IMG/VR virus record: IMGVR_UViG_3300033066_002431
Span: 1-64,000 of that record
Reading direction: 5' to 3' (one strand)
DNA length: 64,000 nucleotides
Source of the DNA: a virus
Lineage: Duplodnaviria > Caudoviricetes
Below are positions 18,519-27,786 of this stretch, piece after piece. A model generated the notes under the pieces. The model worked only from the letters and a program-made list of their open reading frames with translations, had not been told where the DNA came from and made no database searches. The position numbers and the translations under genes are program-made. The number at the start of each line of letters is the position of its first letter. The first letter of the stretch is position 1.

Positions 18519-18982
18519 TGAGCCGGCCCGTCTCCCTCTTCACGAACGCGATCTCCGCCGTCCGCACCAAGACGAACGGCGGGAGCGCGGTCGCAGCCGA
18601 CTCGGCCACGCTCTCCGATGCGAACTTCCCGTTGCTCGCTGACGCGACGACGGGCGGCACCATCGACTGCCGAGGCCTCTCCTCGCTGTGGGTGAGCGTC
18701 GAGTTCACCGGGGGGACAGGCCCGACGATCGACCTCGATCCGCTCATCCGTGACGAGGATGCTGCGGACGGCGCGCGGTGGAAGCGGCTCATGCCGGGGA
18801 CGACTCCTGCGCTCTACCAGCCCACGCTCGACGGCACTGGATTCGTCGAGATCCGCTGTGACGGCGGCAAGGTGTTCCCGCGTATCAAGGCGGTCACCGG
18901 CTCCCCGACTGGCATCGTGATCCTCGCTCGCCCCGGCGCTGCCCTCAACACGGGCAAGGGCTTCACGTCCGGAACCACCTGA
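18518..18982 (+). CDS. Hypothetical (probably virion) protein
   Basis: TGATG coupling to the genes on both sides. Confidence 0.7.
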   Translation: MSRPVSLFTNAISAVRTKTNGGSAVAADSATLSDANFPLLADATTGGTIDCRGLSSLWVSVEFTGGTGPTIDLDPLIRDEDAADGARWKRLMPGTTPALYQPTLDGTGFVEIRCDGGKVFPRIKAVTGSPTGIVILARPGAALNTGKGFTSGTT

Positions 18983-20610
18983 TGGCTCGCACCCCGAAGA
19001 CGTCCACGCGCTCTGCGTCCGCATCCAAGGCGCAGAGCCGCGCGTCGAAGCCTTCGGGGCTCACCAAGGGCCCGGCCGAGAACGCGGGTGTCGACCGCAG
19101 GCCGCTCGCACAGCAGTACCTCTACACCGGCCCGCAGAACCCGGCCGGCGTCTCGTCGATCATTCGCCTCGCCGATACCGGCTACATGTGGCGCCTGTGC
19201 GACCTCTTCGAGAAGTACCGGAACGAGGATAGCCACCTTCAGACGGTGGCCTCGCGCAGGGAGCGCGCTCTTGCGGACGTCCCCTGGCAGATCATCCCCG
19301 CCTCCGAGAAGCGTCGCGACCTCAAGATCGCCGCGTGGCTCGAAGACGCCTTCAAGGCGATGGGGGACAAGAAAATCGGCGACGTCTCCACGCGAGGCTT
19401 GACCGACGCGATCACGCACCTCAACAGCGGCGTGATCTACGGCTACGGGATCGGCGAAGTCCCGTGGACGAAGGACGGGATCTACGTCAAGCCGGCGGGC
19501 TTTCTCCCCATGGGGGCGCGCCGCTTCGTCTACTCGCAGTTCGATGCCTCGCTCCGCTGGTACGACATGAACGGGGCGCTCACTGCCTACCCCGGCGTCG
19601 ACCCCGTGAACGACTACCCGGAAGGGCGCTTCCTGGTTCACCGGCCCCGCATCAACGGCGCCATCGGGCCGCGCGAGGGTCTCATCCGCTGCCTGACGTG
19701 GGCCGCGATGTTCCGCCTGTGGACGGTCAAGGATTGGCACCGTGCGGGCGAGTTCTCGTGGAAGCCCTACCGGATCGGCTACTACAAGAAAGACGGCACG
19801 GTCGATGAGGACCGCACTGCCGTGGAAGAGGCCCTCCAATACCTCTCCACGAACGGCTTTGCGGCGCTCCCCGATACCGTCGAGATCGACATCCAGTTCG
19901 CCAAGAACCGCACGGCCGGCGATGGCGGCGTTCATGGTGGACTGGCCGCCTTCCTGGCGGGGGAGATGAGCAAGGTCACGCTCGGCGCGACGCTCTCCGT
20001 CGAGCAGGGCCGGGTCGGCTCCAACGCCCTCGGCAACGTCCACAGGGACGTCGCGATGACGGTGCGGGACGCGGATGCCCGCGCGCTCGAAGACACCATC
20101 CAGCGCCAGCTCATCGCGCCGCTGGTCCGCTACAACTTCGGCGACGTCCCCATCCCGTCCTTCCGCTTCACCACGGAAGAGGGCGCGGACCTCGCCGCCC
20201 TCGCGAGCGCGCTTCAGAAGCTCGGACCGAGCCAGCAAGGAATGGGGCTCCACATCCCCGCGCGATGGGTCCGCACCACCTTCGGGATTCCCGAGCCCGA
20301 GATCGGCGACGAGTTGATGGACGGCTCCGTGCGCCGCGACCCTGCCGAGGTGGCCGCCGAAGCCGCGCAGGCGAAGAAGGACATGGCCGCGCAGATGGCG
20401 GGGAAGGGCCCCCAGACGACGCCGGAAGCTCCCCAGCAAGGCGAGCCAGCCGGCAAGAAGACTCCCGCGGACGAGCCGGGCAACGACAACGGGCCTCCCG
20501 TGTCGGAGAAGGCCATCGAGCGCGCTTACCGCGCCTACGTGACGGACCGTGTTCTGACCATGGCTGGCTTCCGCAAGCGCAACTACGGCGCCTTCGAGAG
20601 GGCTGCGTGA
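18982..20610 (+). CDS. Portal protein, DUF935 / Mu gp29-like
   Basis: DSHL...R, G.GI.EV.W, GPREGL.R.L.W, GSNALGNVH, QLIAPLVRYNFG and W....GIPEP motifs; position after TerL. Confidence 0.9.
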   Translation: MARTPKTSTRSASASKAQSRASKPSGLTKGPAENAGVDRRPLAQQYLYTGPQNPAGVSSIIRLADTGYMWRLCDLFEKYRNEDSHLQTVASRRERALADVPWQIIPASEKRRDLKIAAWLEDAFKAMGDKKIGDVSTRGLTDAITHLNSGVIYGYGIGEVPWTKDGIYVKPAGFLPMGARRFVYSQFDASLRWYDMNGALTAYPGVDPVNDYPEGRFLVHRPRINGAIGPREGLIRCLTWAAMFRLWTVKDWHRAGEFSWKPYRIGYYKKDGTVDEDRTAVEEALQYLSTNGFAALPDTVEIDIQFAKNRTAGDGGVHGGLAAFLAGEMSKVTLGATLSVEQGRVGSNALGNVHRDVAMTVRDADARALEDTIQRQLIAPLVRYNFGDVPIPSFRFTTEEGADLAALASALQKLGPSQQGMGLHIPARWVRTTFGIPEPEIGDELMDGSVRRDPAEVAAEAAQAKKDMAAQMAGKGPQTTPEAPQQGEPAGKKTPADEPGNDNGPPVSEKAIERAYRAYVTDRVLTMAGFRKRNYGAFERAA

Positions 20611-21164
20611 AGGGCCTCCGACACCGCGACGGGCAGCCAGAGAGCACCCTGGAGCGCCACGGCCTCACCTTCGGTGTGGACCGTCACGACGGCACCGTGA
20701 TGGACGGCACCGGTCCCGACGGCACCCCGTACCACGTCGTGCAGAAGGGCGATTACGGCTACGTGCGCGGCTTCATCGGCGAGGCCGACAGCGCGCCTCC
20801 CAACGGCGACGATGGCGAGGGTTGGGACGCGTATCTCGGCCCCCACGTCGCGAGCGAGCGCGTCTACGTGGTGACCCAGCGCAACGCGCTGAACGGCCAC
20901 TACGACGAGCAGAAGGGCATGTTCGGCTTCACCGACGCGGCCGCTGCCGAAGAGCACTACCGCGCGCACACGCACCCCGCGATGTTCGGCCGGATCGGTG
21001 GGCTCGGGCTCGACGCCTTTCACGGCCAGCTTCGGGCGCATCGGGAGAGCGGCGCTCGCGTCTTCCGCGCGGAGACCGAAGAGGACGCCGCCGAGCTGGC
21101 CGATCTCGAGGCCATCGAAAAGGGCTTCACCGACGACGGCGACGACTCGCCGGATAGCGAGTGA
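20607..21164 (+). CDS. Inorganic-pyrophosphatase-fold (InPase) domain protein
   Basis: DGT...GDYGYVRG...DGEGWDAYLGP...VYVVTQ....GHYDEQKGMFGF...AA...Y matches the phage InPase domain pattern. Confidence 0.8.
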   Translation: MKGLRHRDGQPESTLERHGLTFGVDRHDGTVMDGTGPDGTPYHVVQKGDYGYVRGFIGEADSAPPNGDDGEGWDAYLGPHVASERVYVVTQRNALNGHYDEQKGMFGFTDAAAAEEHYRAHTHPAMFGRIGGLGLDAFHGQLRAHRESGARVFRAETEEDAAELADLEAIEKGFTDDGDDSPDSE

Positions 21165-21652
21165 CCATGTTCCGATCCCCCTGCCCCCGTCCCGAGTCGA
21201 TCCGCCTCGCCTTCTGTGAGGTGCTGAACGGGCTCGTCGCGAACGGGATGGCGCTCTACAACGCCGCCAACAAGGCGCACTGGAACACGCGCGGCCCGCT
21301 CTTCGAGGAGCTTCACAAGCTCTTCGGCGAGGTGGTGAGCGGCGCGGCCGACTGGAACGACACCATCGCCGAACGCGTGGCCCGCCTCGGTGGCGTCGCC
21401 GTGGCCCTCTCGGAAGAGACGGCGCTCCTCGTGACGCTCCCCGCGTTCCCCGTGGGAGAGACGGACGGGCTGAAGCTCTGCGTCGCGCTGGCAGCCTGCG
21501 TGGACGCCTACAACGTCGCCCTCTACGAGGCGATCGACCGCGCCGACACGATGGGTCTGTGGGTCGACGTGAACGACCTCTCCGCCATCGCGAGCGACGT
21601 GGAGAAGCTCGGGTGGAAGCTCGCTGCGACTCTGGAGAAGGCGAGCGCGTGA
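21161..21652 (+). CDS. dps: Dps-family ferritin-like protein
   Basis: AHWNTRGPLFEELHKLF...DTIAERVARLGG signature. Confidence 0.9.
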   Translation: MTMFRSPCPRPESIRLAFCEVLNGLVANGMALYNAANKAHWNTRGPLFEELHKLFGEVVSGAADWNDTIAERVARLGGVAVALSEETALLVTLPAFPVGETDGLKLCVALAACVDAYNVALYEAIDRADTMGLWVDVNDLSAIASDVEKLGWKLAATLEKASA

Positions 21653-23379
21653 GCGTCACGGACTTCCCCAAGACCGGCGACAACAAGGCCCTGTCGCTCC
21701 GGAACAGCAGCTTCGCGCGCTTCGACGTCGCTCTCGCGGAGTCGATCTGCAAGACGATCCCCTCCGGCGCACAGCACGCGATCCTCTGTCGGGTCGCTCG
21801 TCACGGCGGCATGGCGCGAACACGCGCCGAAGAGAAGGCCCTCCGGCTGCGCGAGGCGTGGGCCGAGAAGCACTACCAGAACAGCGACCGCGACGGCGTG
21901 CTCGCTCAAATCTCGTGGCTCGTCGTCGGCGAGCAAGGCGAAGCGGCGATGAAAGACGCGATCAAGAAGGGACAGAACGATGGACGAACGGCAGGCGGAA
22001 CGCCTTCGGGAGCGAGCGGCAGCGGAGAAACGCGAGACGCAGGTGCCGGGCCGGAGCGACGTGGCGGGGATGCGAGCACGGGTCCTGTGTACGTGCAACG
22101 AGCCGTCGTGCGCTCAGTGCGTCGAGAGGGCCGCCCGACTGGCGCGAATCCGGACCGCAAAGTCGTCGTCGTCCACTTCGTAGCTTCGACCGAAACCGAG
22201 GACTCGCACGAGACGATCATCCGGTCCAACTGGGACCTCACCCGCTACACGGCGAACCCCGTGCTCCTCTGGATGCACGGCCGGATGAACGACTTCCCAG
22301 CGATCGGCAACGTCGAGAACCTGAAGCGCGCCGGCACCACGCACGAAGGTGATGCCGTGTTCGACGACACGACGCAGTTCGACCGCGACGTCGCCGAGAA
22401 GTTCGAGAAGGGGGTGTTGAAGGGATTCAGCATCGGCTTCTACCCCAACACCGTGTGCTTCGAGCGCATCGACGGTGAAGACGTCCTCGTGCTCGACGAC
22501 ATCGAGCTTCTCGAAATCTCATGCGTGAACGTCCCCTCCAACCCGGAGGCCCTCGCTCGCAGCCAGGGCGCCGGCTGGGACAGGACGATCGCGAGCATGA
22601 GCGCTGATCTCCGGGCCTACGAGGCGCTTCACGCGCGCGCCACTGCGGCTCTTCAACAGACGCGCGGAACACCGACCACGAAACCTCACGGAGAGACCCA
22701 GATGAAGACCCTCGACATTCAGGAGCGCGACATCCGCGCGAGCGGCAAAGGCGTGCAGTGCGAGGCGGCGTGCCCCAACTGCAAAGAGGCGATGATGGTC
22801 AAGATGGACCACGTCCCTCTCCCCACCGAGAAGGCCGCGGAGATCGAGGCGCTCGGCACCCGCGCCGTCACCGCCGAGAAGAACCTCACCGCCGAGCAGG
22901 CGCGAGCGGCCGAGATCACGGCCAAGCTCACCAGCGCCGAGACCCGCGCGGCCGCCTTCGAGACGCAGCTCGCCGAGACCCGCACGCTCATCGTCCAGAC
23001 CCGCGTGGACAACGCCAAGACGGCTCTCGAGGCGCGCAGCGGCAAGAAGGTGCTCCCCGCCGAGATCGAGAGCGAGATGGAGCTGGCGCGCATGTACCTC
23101 GCCGACCTCACCCCCGACGCGGCCGACAAGACGCGCACGGTGGGAGAGGTGAAGTGGGCGAAGCGGCTCGCCGTGCTCGACGCGCGCCCCGAGATGCAGC
23201 TCCTCGCTCCGCCCGCGAGCACCGGCACGAACGCGGAGAAGCCGCGCGAGGACGACGCCACCGTGCGCGACGCGGCCGCGGGCACGCCCCCGGCCAAGGA
23301 CAACAAGGCCGCGGAAGCCGTCGTCGAGATGCTGCGCGCGACGGCCGACAAGCGCCCCGTCGCGTCCGCGACGATCTGA
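21649..23379 (+). CDS. HK97-type prohead protease with N-terminal extra domain and C-terminal scaffold-like coiled coil
   Basis: FVAST...DSH...W....NPVLLWMH, GFSIGF, LLEISCVNVPSNPEAL; Ala/Glu-rich coiled C-terminus. Confidence 0.9.
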   Translation: MSVTDFPKTGDNKALSLRNSSFARFDVALAESICKTIPSGAQHAILCRVARHGGMARTRAEEKALRLREAWAEKHYQNSDRDGVLAQISWLVVGEQGEAAMKDAIKKGQNDGRTAGGTPSGASGSGETRDAGAGPERRGGDASTGPVYVQRAVVRSVRREGRPTGANPDRKVVVVHFVASTETEDSHETIIRSNWDLTRYTANPVLLWMHGRMNDFPAIGNVENLKRAGTTHEGDAVFDDTTQFDRDVAEKFEKGVLKGFSIGFYPNTVCFERIDGEDVLVLDDIELLEISCVNVPSNPEALARSQGAGWDRTIASMSADLRAYEALHARATAALQQTRGTPTTKPHGETQMKTLDIQERDIRASGKGVQCEAACPNCKEAMMVKMDHVPLPTEKAAEIEALGTRAVTAEKNLTAEQARAAEITAKLTSAETRAAAFETQLAETRTLIVQTRVDNAKTALEARSGKKVLPAEIESEMELARMYLADLTPDAADKTRTVGEVKWAKRLAVLDARPEMQLLAPPASTGTNAEKPREDDATVRDAAAGTPPAKDNKAAEAVVEMLRATADKRPVASATI

Positions 23380-23439
23380 CCATCAACGGGCCGGTCCGCC
23401 GGCCCATCGACAACCACCCTTCACGAGAGATTCACCACC

Positions 23440-23862
23440 ATGACCAGCCCGCTCCGCGTTTCGGAACAGCTCGACCATGCGCTCCTGCGCTCGTTCGAGC
23501 ACGCCTCCATGCCCGCCTTCGCCAAGGGGGCGGAGGTCAAGTTCGGCTCCGACGATCAGCTTCTCGCTGCCGCCGGCACCGGCGACATCCTCGCCATCGG
23601 CATCACGCACAAGGCGAATGCGGCGGGTCGTCCCGCGCACGTCATCATGTACGGCCACGCGGTCGTGACCGCGCTCGTCGGCACGGGCGGCGCGACCCGC
23701 GGCGTCTGCGCCAAGGGCGTCGCGGACGGCTTCACCGACGCGGCCACGAACGGCGGCGGCACGACCTCGCAGATCATCAAGGGCCAGTTCCTCCAGACGG
23801 GCGTCGCGGGGGACTACGTCGAGATGATGATCGGCGTGAACCCGCGCAGCGTCACCACCTGA
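23440..23862 (+). CDS. Capsid decoration/cement protein (DUF2190-like)
   Basis: About 140 aa, Gly/Ala-rich beta protein between protease and capsid genes. Confidence 0.7.
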   Translation: MTSPLRVSEQLDHALLRSFEHASMPAFAKGAEVKFGSDDQLLAAAGTGDILAIGITHKANAAGRPAHVIMYGHAVVTALVGTGGATRGVCAKGVADGFTDAATNGGGTTSQIIKGQFLQTGVAGDYVEMMIGVNPRSVTT

Positions 23863-23874
23863 TCCCACCTCCGC

Positions 23875-23939
23875 GCGGCCCCTTCGCGCGCGGCGAACCC
23901 AACACGAACGAACGCGGACGCGCAAGGGCGCGGGGCCGC
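23875..23939 (+). promoter_or_regulatory. Predicted branched RNA structure just upstream of the capsid SD
   Basis: gcggcccc (23875-82) pairs with ggggccgc (23932-39) and encloses two small hairpins; AGGAG SD follows. Confidence 0.4.
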
Positions 23940-23956
23940 ATAGGAGAGCTTTACCC

Positions 23957-25078
23957 ATGTTCCAGAGCAACGAAGCCATCATGCTCGAAGCGGCCAACTT
24001 CGAGTCCATCGCGCGCATGCAGCGCACCCAGCGGAGCATCGAGTTCGAGGCGTTCAAGAACGACTTCGCGCGCATGCTCCAGAGCAGCGACGAGAAGACC
24101 AAGGCGAAGGTCCGCGCGCTCAACGACTCCTACGTCCAGATGCGCGACGTGAGCGGCGCCGTCCACGTCGATGCGCTCATGAGCGAGTTCTCCGTGCGCT
24201 TCACGAACGAGGCCTACATCGGCTCGCTCCTGATGCCGGAGATCCAGGTCGACAAGCAGTCGAACTTCTACGGCGTGTGGAACCTGCGGGACCAGCTCGC
24301 GTATCCCGACGACACCATCGGGCCGCGCGGTGACGTGAAGCAGCTCGCCAGCAACGTCGACCTGACGAACAGCTACTTCGCCGGGGAGTACGGTCTCGAG
24401 GAGTACGTGGATCTCTCCACGATCGACAACGCGGACGCGCCGCTTCAGCCCCTCATGCACGCCACGTTCAAGGCGAACGACGGCATCCTGTGGAATCAGG
24501 AGCGCCGCATCATCGACGTGATGACGACGACGGGCAACTACGGCTCGAACTACCTGTCGATCCCGGTCGGCTCGGAGTGGAACAGCTCGGGCGGTGGCAA
24601 CCCCGTCCTGAACATCCAGAACGCGGTGGCGAGCGTGCTGCCCGGCCCTGGCCCGACGCGCAAGCTCGGGTTCTGCTCGTTCCCCGTCTACCAGGCGCTC
24701 GCGCGCCATCCTCAGATCCGCGACCTGCACAAGTACACGGCGGCGGGCCTCATGCCGCCGACGTACCTCGCGCAGATCTTCGATCTGGACGCTCTGCTCG
24801 TCGGCAAGGCCTGGAAGGACAGCGCGAACCCGGGACAGACGCTCTCGCTCAACCGCCTGTGGCCCAACGTCTTCGGCGTCGTAAACGTCATGACCGCGCC
24901 GATGAAGGACTCGTACTCGTTCGGCGCCACCTTCCGCTGGGGGCCGAAGTTCAGCGAGGTCCGGTTCGAGAGGAACCGCGGCCGCCGTGGCGGGTACGTC
25001 ACGAAGACGAGCGTCTCGTACGTGCCGAAGGTGACGGCGTCCTACGCCGGCTTCCTCCTCACGAACACCCTCGCGTGA
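23957..25078 (+). CDS. Major capsid protein (HK97 fold)
   Basis: 373 aa, strong SD, position; N..YIG..L.P...V.K.S, LARHPQI, G.AW motifs seen in lambda E/Mu-like capsids. Confidence 0.85.
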   Translation: MFQSNEAIMLEAANFESIARMQRTQRSIEFEAFKNDFARMLQSSDEKTKAKVRALNDSYVQMRDVSGAVHVDALMSEFSVRFTNEAYIGSLLMPEIQVDKQSNFYGVWNLRDQLAYPDDTIGPRGDVKQLASNVDLTNSYFAGEYGLEEYVDLSTIDNADAPLQPLMHATFKANDGILWNQERRIIDVMTTTGNYGSNYLSIPVGSEWNSSGGGNPVLNIQNAVASVLPGPGPTRKLGFCSFPVYQALARHPQIRDLHKYTAAGLMPPTYLAQIFDLDALLVGKAWKDSANPGQTLSLNRLWPNVFGVVNVMTAPMKDSYSFGATFRWGPKFSEVRFERNRGRRGGYVTKTSVSYVPKVTASYAGFLLTNTLA

Positions 25079-25113
25079 CGGCCTGACCGACAAGGTCACA
25101 GGAGAGGAACCAG

Positions 25114-25770
25114 ATGGCCCCGCGCAAGAAGGCCGCTGACGAAGCGGCCAACCCCACCCCGGCCCCGGACGCTCCCGGGGCTCCCGCCCTGCCCGACAAC
25201 CCTCCCGAGGTCGCTTCGGCGATGCCCGCGGAGGGTGTCCCCGCCGACAGCGCTCCCGCGCTCGCCTCCGACGAAGCCGAGGAAGACGCCCACAAGGCCG
25301 CTCTCGAAGCTCTCGCCGCGGAAGACGACGTGGAGCCGGCCGCCGCTCCCGTGGAGCCCTCTGCGCCTCCCGAGGTGGTCTCGACCATCGACGCAGCGCC
25401 CGTCCTCACCGACGAGCAGATGGAGGTCATCCGTCTGAAGCGGGAGAAGGTCGCGCTCGAAGCCGAGGTCACCGCGCTCCAGGAACGGATCGGCGAGATC
25501 CGTGCTTCGGCGCAGACCGAGATCGAGTCGCTCCGGAGCCAGCTCGCGGGCATGTCCCACAAGCCGCCTCCCGCGCCCGTCTACGCGAAGGACCCGCTGC
25601 GGGAGGCGAAGAGCTTCGGCGTCCTCGCGACGTGGCTCGGTCCCGGCATCTACGGCGGACCGTACTACACGGTCGCTGGCGTGCGCATGCCGCAGGCGGT
25701 CGGCCTCACCACGGGCTACTTCCCGGCGGCGGACCTCCTCCGCTCGCCCGACGCCTTCAAGGCCACCTGA
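25114..25770 (+). CDS. Pro/Ala/Glu-rich protein with coiled coil
   Basis: GAGG SD; follows capsid gene; TGATG coupling downstream. Confidence 0.7.
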   Translation: MAPRKKAADEAANPTPAPDAPGAPALPDNPPEVASAMPAEGVPADSAPALASDEAEEDAHKAALEALAAEDDVEPAAAPVEPSAPPEVVSTIDAAPVLTDEQMEVIRLKREKVALEAEVTALQERIGEIRASAQTEIESLRSQLAGMSHKPPPAPVYAKDPLREAKSFGVLATWLGPGIYGGPYYTVAGVRMPQAVGLTTGYFPAADLLRSPDAFKAT

Positions 25771-26252
25771 TGCCCCGGCCGATCTATGCATCGCTCGATG
25801 ACCTGAAGGGGCGCGTGCGGATCGAGACGCTGCTGAACTGTCTCGACTTCACGCGCGCCAAGACGGTCACCGACGCGATCTTCCGCAGCGCGGTCGCAAA
25901 CCCGTCGTGCGCGGACATCGATCGGCAACTCGGGGGGGTGTTCCCGGGCCGTGTGCCGTTCGCGGACATCGACGCGGACCCGTCCACGCCAGAGGACATC
26001 AAAGAACTGGCGCTCGACTGGTACGTGTGGCGGCTCGCGAGCCTCTACCCGACCCACATGCAACTCGACGCCGTGATGCTGTGGACGAAGATCCAGAGCG
26101 ACCTCAAGAGGCTGCGCGAGGGGAGGGACGTCATCAACCAGAGCCCGCCCGACCCAGCGCGCAACACGGGCGGCACGGTGGGCGCGATCGGCGACGATCC
26201 GCCCTGCTCTCCGCCCCCCGCGTACTTCGACAACATGGGGGATTACGGCTGA
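25770..26252 (+). CDS. Head-tail adaptor, Mu gp36/DUF1320-like
   Basis: YASLDDLKGR start motif, P...KELALD...W.L, helical; position after capsid. Confidence 0.8.
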   Translation: MPRPIYASLDDLKGRVRIETLLNCLDFTRAKTVTDAIFRSAVANPSCADIDRQLGGVFPGRVPFADIDADPSTPEDIKELALDWYVWRLASLYPTHMQLDAVMLWTKIQSDLKRLREGRDVINQSPPDPARNTGGTVGAIGDDPPCSPPPAYFDNMGDYG

Positions 26253-26689
26253 TGACGAAGCCCTTCTCGCAGATCATCCCCGACGCGAACAGCTTCGACA
26301 TTGCGCTGGTGAAGGGCTTCCAGCGCGCCGTCACGCACACGATCACGGTCGTGACGATGGCGGCGCGAAACGAACACGACTGGCGCGACCGCACCCGAGC
26401 CACGCGCGAGGGGATGGAGCCTGTCATCGACGACGCGGCGAACGGCGCCACGGCTTCCCTGAAGCTCGAAGGCAACGCTGTCCGGCTCGCGGACGGCACC
26501 GAGCCGCACGTGATCACCGCTCGGAACGCCAAGGCGCTCCGCTTCTCGATGGGCGGAGACATGCTCTTTCGCCGGAGCGTGTATCACCCCGGCACGAAAC
26601 CGGACGCCTACCTCGACAACGCCGCCGAGAAGGCCGGTGAGGAGATCGCTGCGAGCGTGGAAGCGGCCATGGACGCGGTGTTCGGATGA
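26252..26689 (+). CDS. Neck/tail-completion protein (HK97 gp10 / virion morphogenesis-like)
   Basis: GTEPHVI.ARNAKALRF...V.HPGTKP..YL motif. Confidence 0.75.
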   Translation: MTKPFSQIIPDANSFDIALVKGFQRAVTHTITVVTMAARNEHDWRDRTRATREGMEPVIDDAANGATASLKLEGNAVRLADGTEPHVITARNAKALRFSMGGDMLFRRSVYHPGTKPDAYLDNAAEKAGEEIAASVEAAMDAVFG

Positions 26690-27786
26690 GCGAGGCCATC
26701 GGCCTTTCGTGGCTGCCGGCTATCGCGCCGACGCGGAACGCGGACAAGAGCATCGCCACCCGCGCCCCGGGCGACAACGCGCTCGTGCCGCTCGGCAGCT
26801 ACGTCGCCACCGTCATGCAGGCCCAGCTTGGCGCTGCGTGGACGGTGCTCGACTCGACGGCGGCCGTCACGCTCTCCGGCACCATCGACGGCACGCGGGA
26901 CGGCGCCAACGTCGTGCGGCGGGTCTACTACCACAACCCCCGCAAGGGCACGTTCATCGGGGCGGACCTCCCCGGCCTCTTCGTCTACCGCTTCGACGCG
27001 CCCGAGAAAAACCAGCGCGTCGCGCAGGATGCGCACCGTCGACAGGGCACGATCGGGCTCCTCTGGATCCCCAACGAAGCGCCGACGGGGGACATCCGCA
27101 CCGACGAGTGGACGACCTTCAAGAACAGCGTCAGCGGCTCGCTGCACAACGCGCTCACGTGGAAGCGACACCCCGCGTGGACGGTCACCGCCGATGACGC
27201 GATCCCTGCCGGCCTGAAGGCCAGCACGGCGACGAGCACGGCTGCGGTCGTCCTCACGAGCTTCACGGGGCCGACGCTCCCCGCGACCCCGAAGCGCTCG
27301 TTCTCGATCACGACGACGGCCGCAGCCGGCGCGTACAACATCACCGATCCGATCCTCGTCACCGGCACCGATGAGCGCGGCACCTTCACGGTGAAGCTCT
27401 ACCTGACGGACGCGGACGGCGGAGAGACGGTGGCCACGGTGCTGCGCTTCACCGCCATCACGCGAGTGGAGCTCCCCGCGCAGCTCCTCACCACGGGCAC
27501 GTACACGCTCGGGTGGTGGGAGAACTACGAGAAGACGCAGGGCTCGCTCGTGATGCGCGCGTGCGCGTTCAGCCGGATGGACCTGCGCGAGATCCGGGAC
27601 GTGGCCTTCGAGATCAAGCGCGAGGGGCTCCCCAGCATCCCTGTCACCGGCGTGGAGGCGATCGTCGACACGGCGGAAGATCCCTTCTGGGATCCCGACT
27701 TCCGCGCACAGACCCCCTACGTCATCGAAGCGCATGTGCGCCGGACCGATGGCACCGATTTCACCGATCTGGAGATCGACCCATGA
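26686..27786 (+). CDS. Tail terminator-like protein with inserted beta-sandwich domain
   Basis: Position before the sheath; LPGLFVYR; insert at 27292-27513 homologous to the C-terminus of the 15533 ORF. Confidence 0.55.
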   Translation: MSEAIGLSWLPAIAPTRNADKSIATRAPGDNALVPLGSYVATVMQAQLGAAWTVLDSTAAVTLSGTIDGTRDGANVVRRVYYHNPRKGTFIGADLPGLFVYRFDAPEKNQRVAQDAHRRQGTIGLLWIPNEAPTGDIRTDEWTTFKNSVSGSLHNALTWKRHPAWTVTADDAIPAGLKASTATSTAAVVLTSFTGPTLPATPKRSFSITTTAAAGAYNITDPILVTGTDERGTFTVKLYLTDADGGETVATVLRFTAITRVELPAQLLTTGTYTLGWWENYEKTQGSLVMRACAFSRMDLREIRDVAFEIKREGLPSIPVTGVEAIVDTAEDPFWDPDFRAQTPYVIEAHVRRTDGTDFTDLEIDP

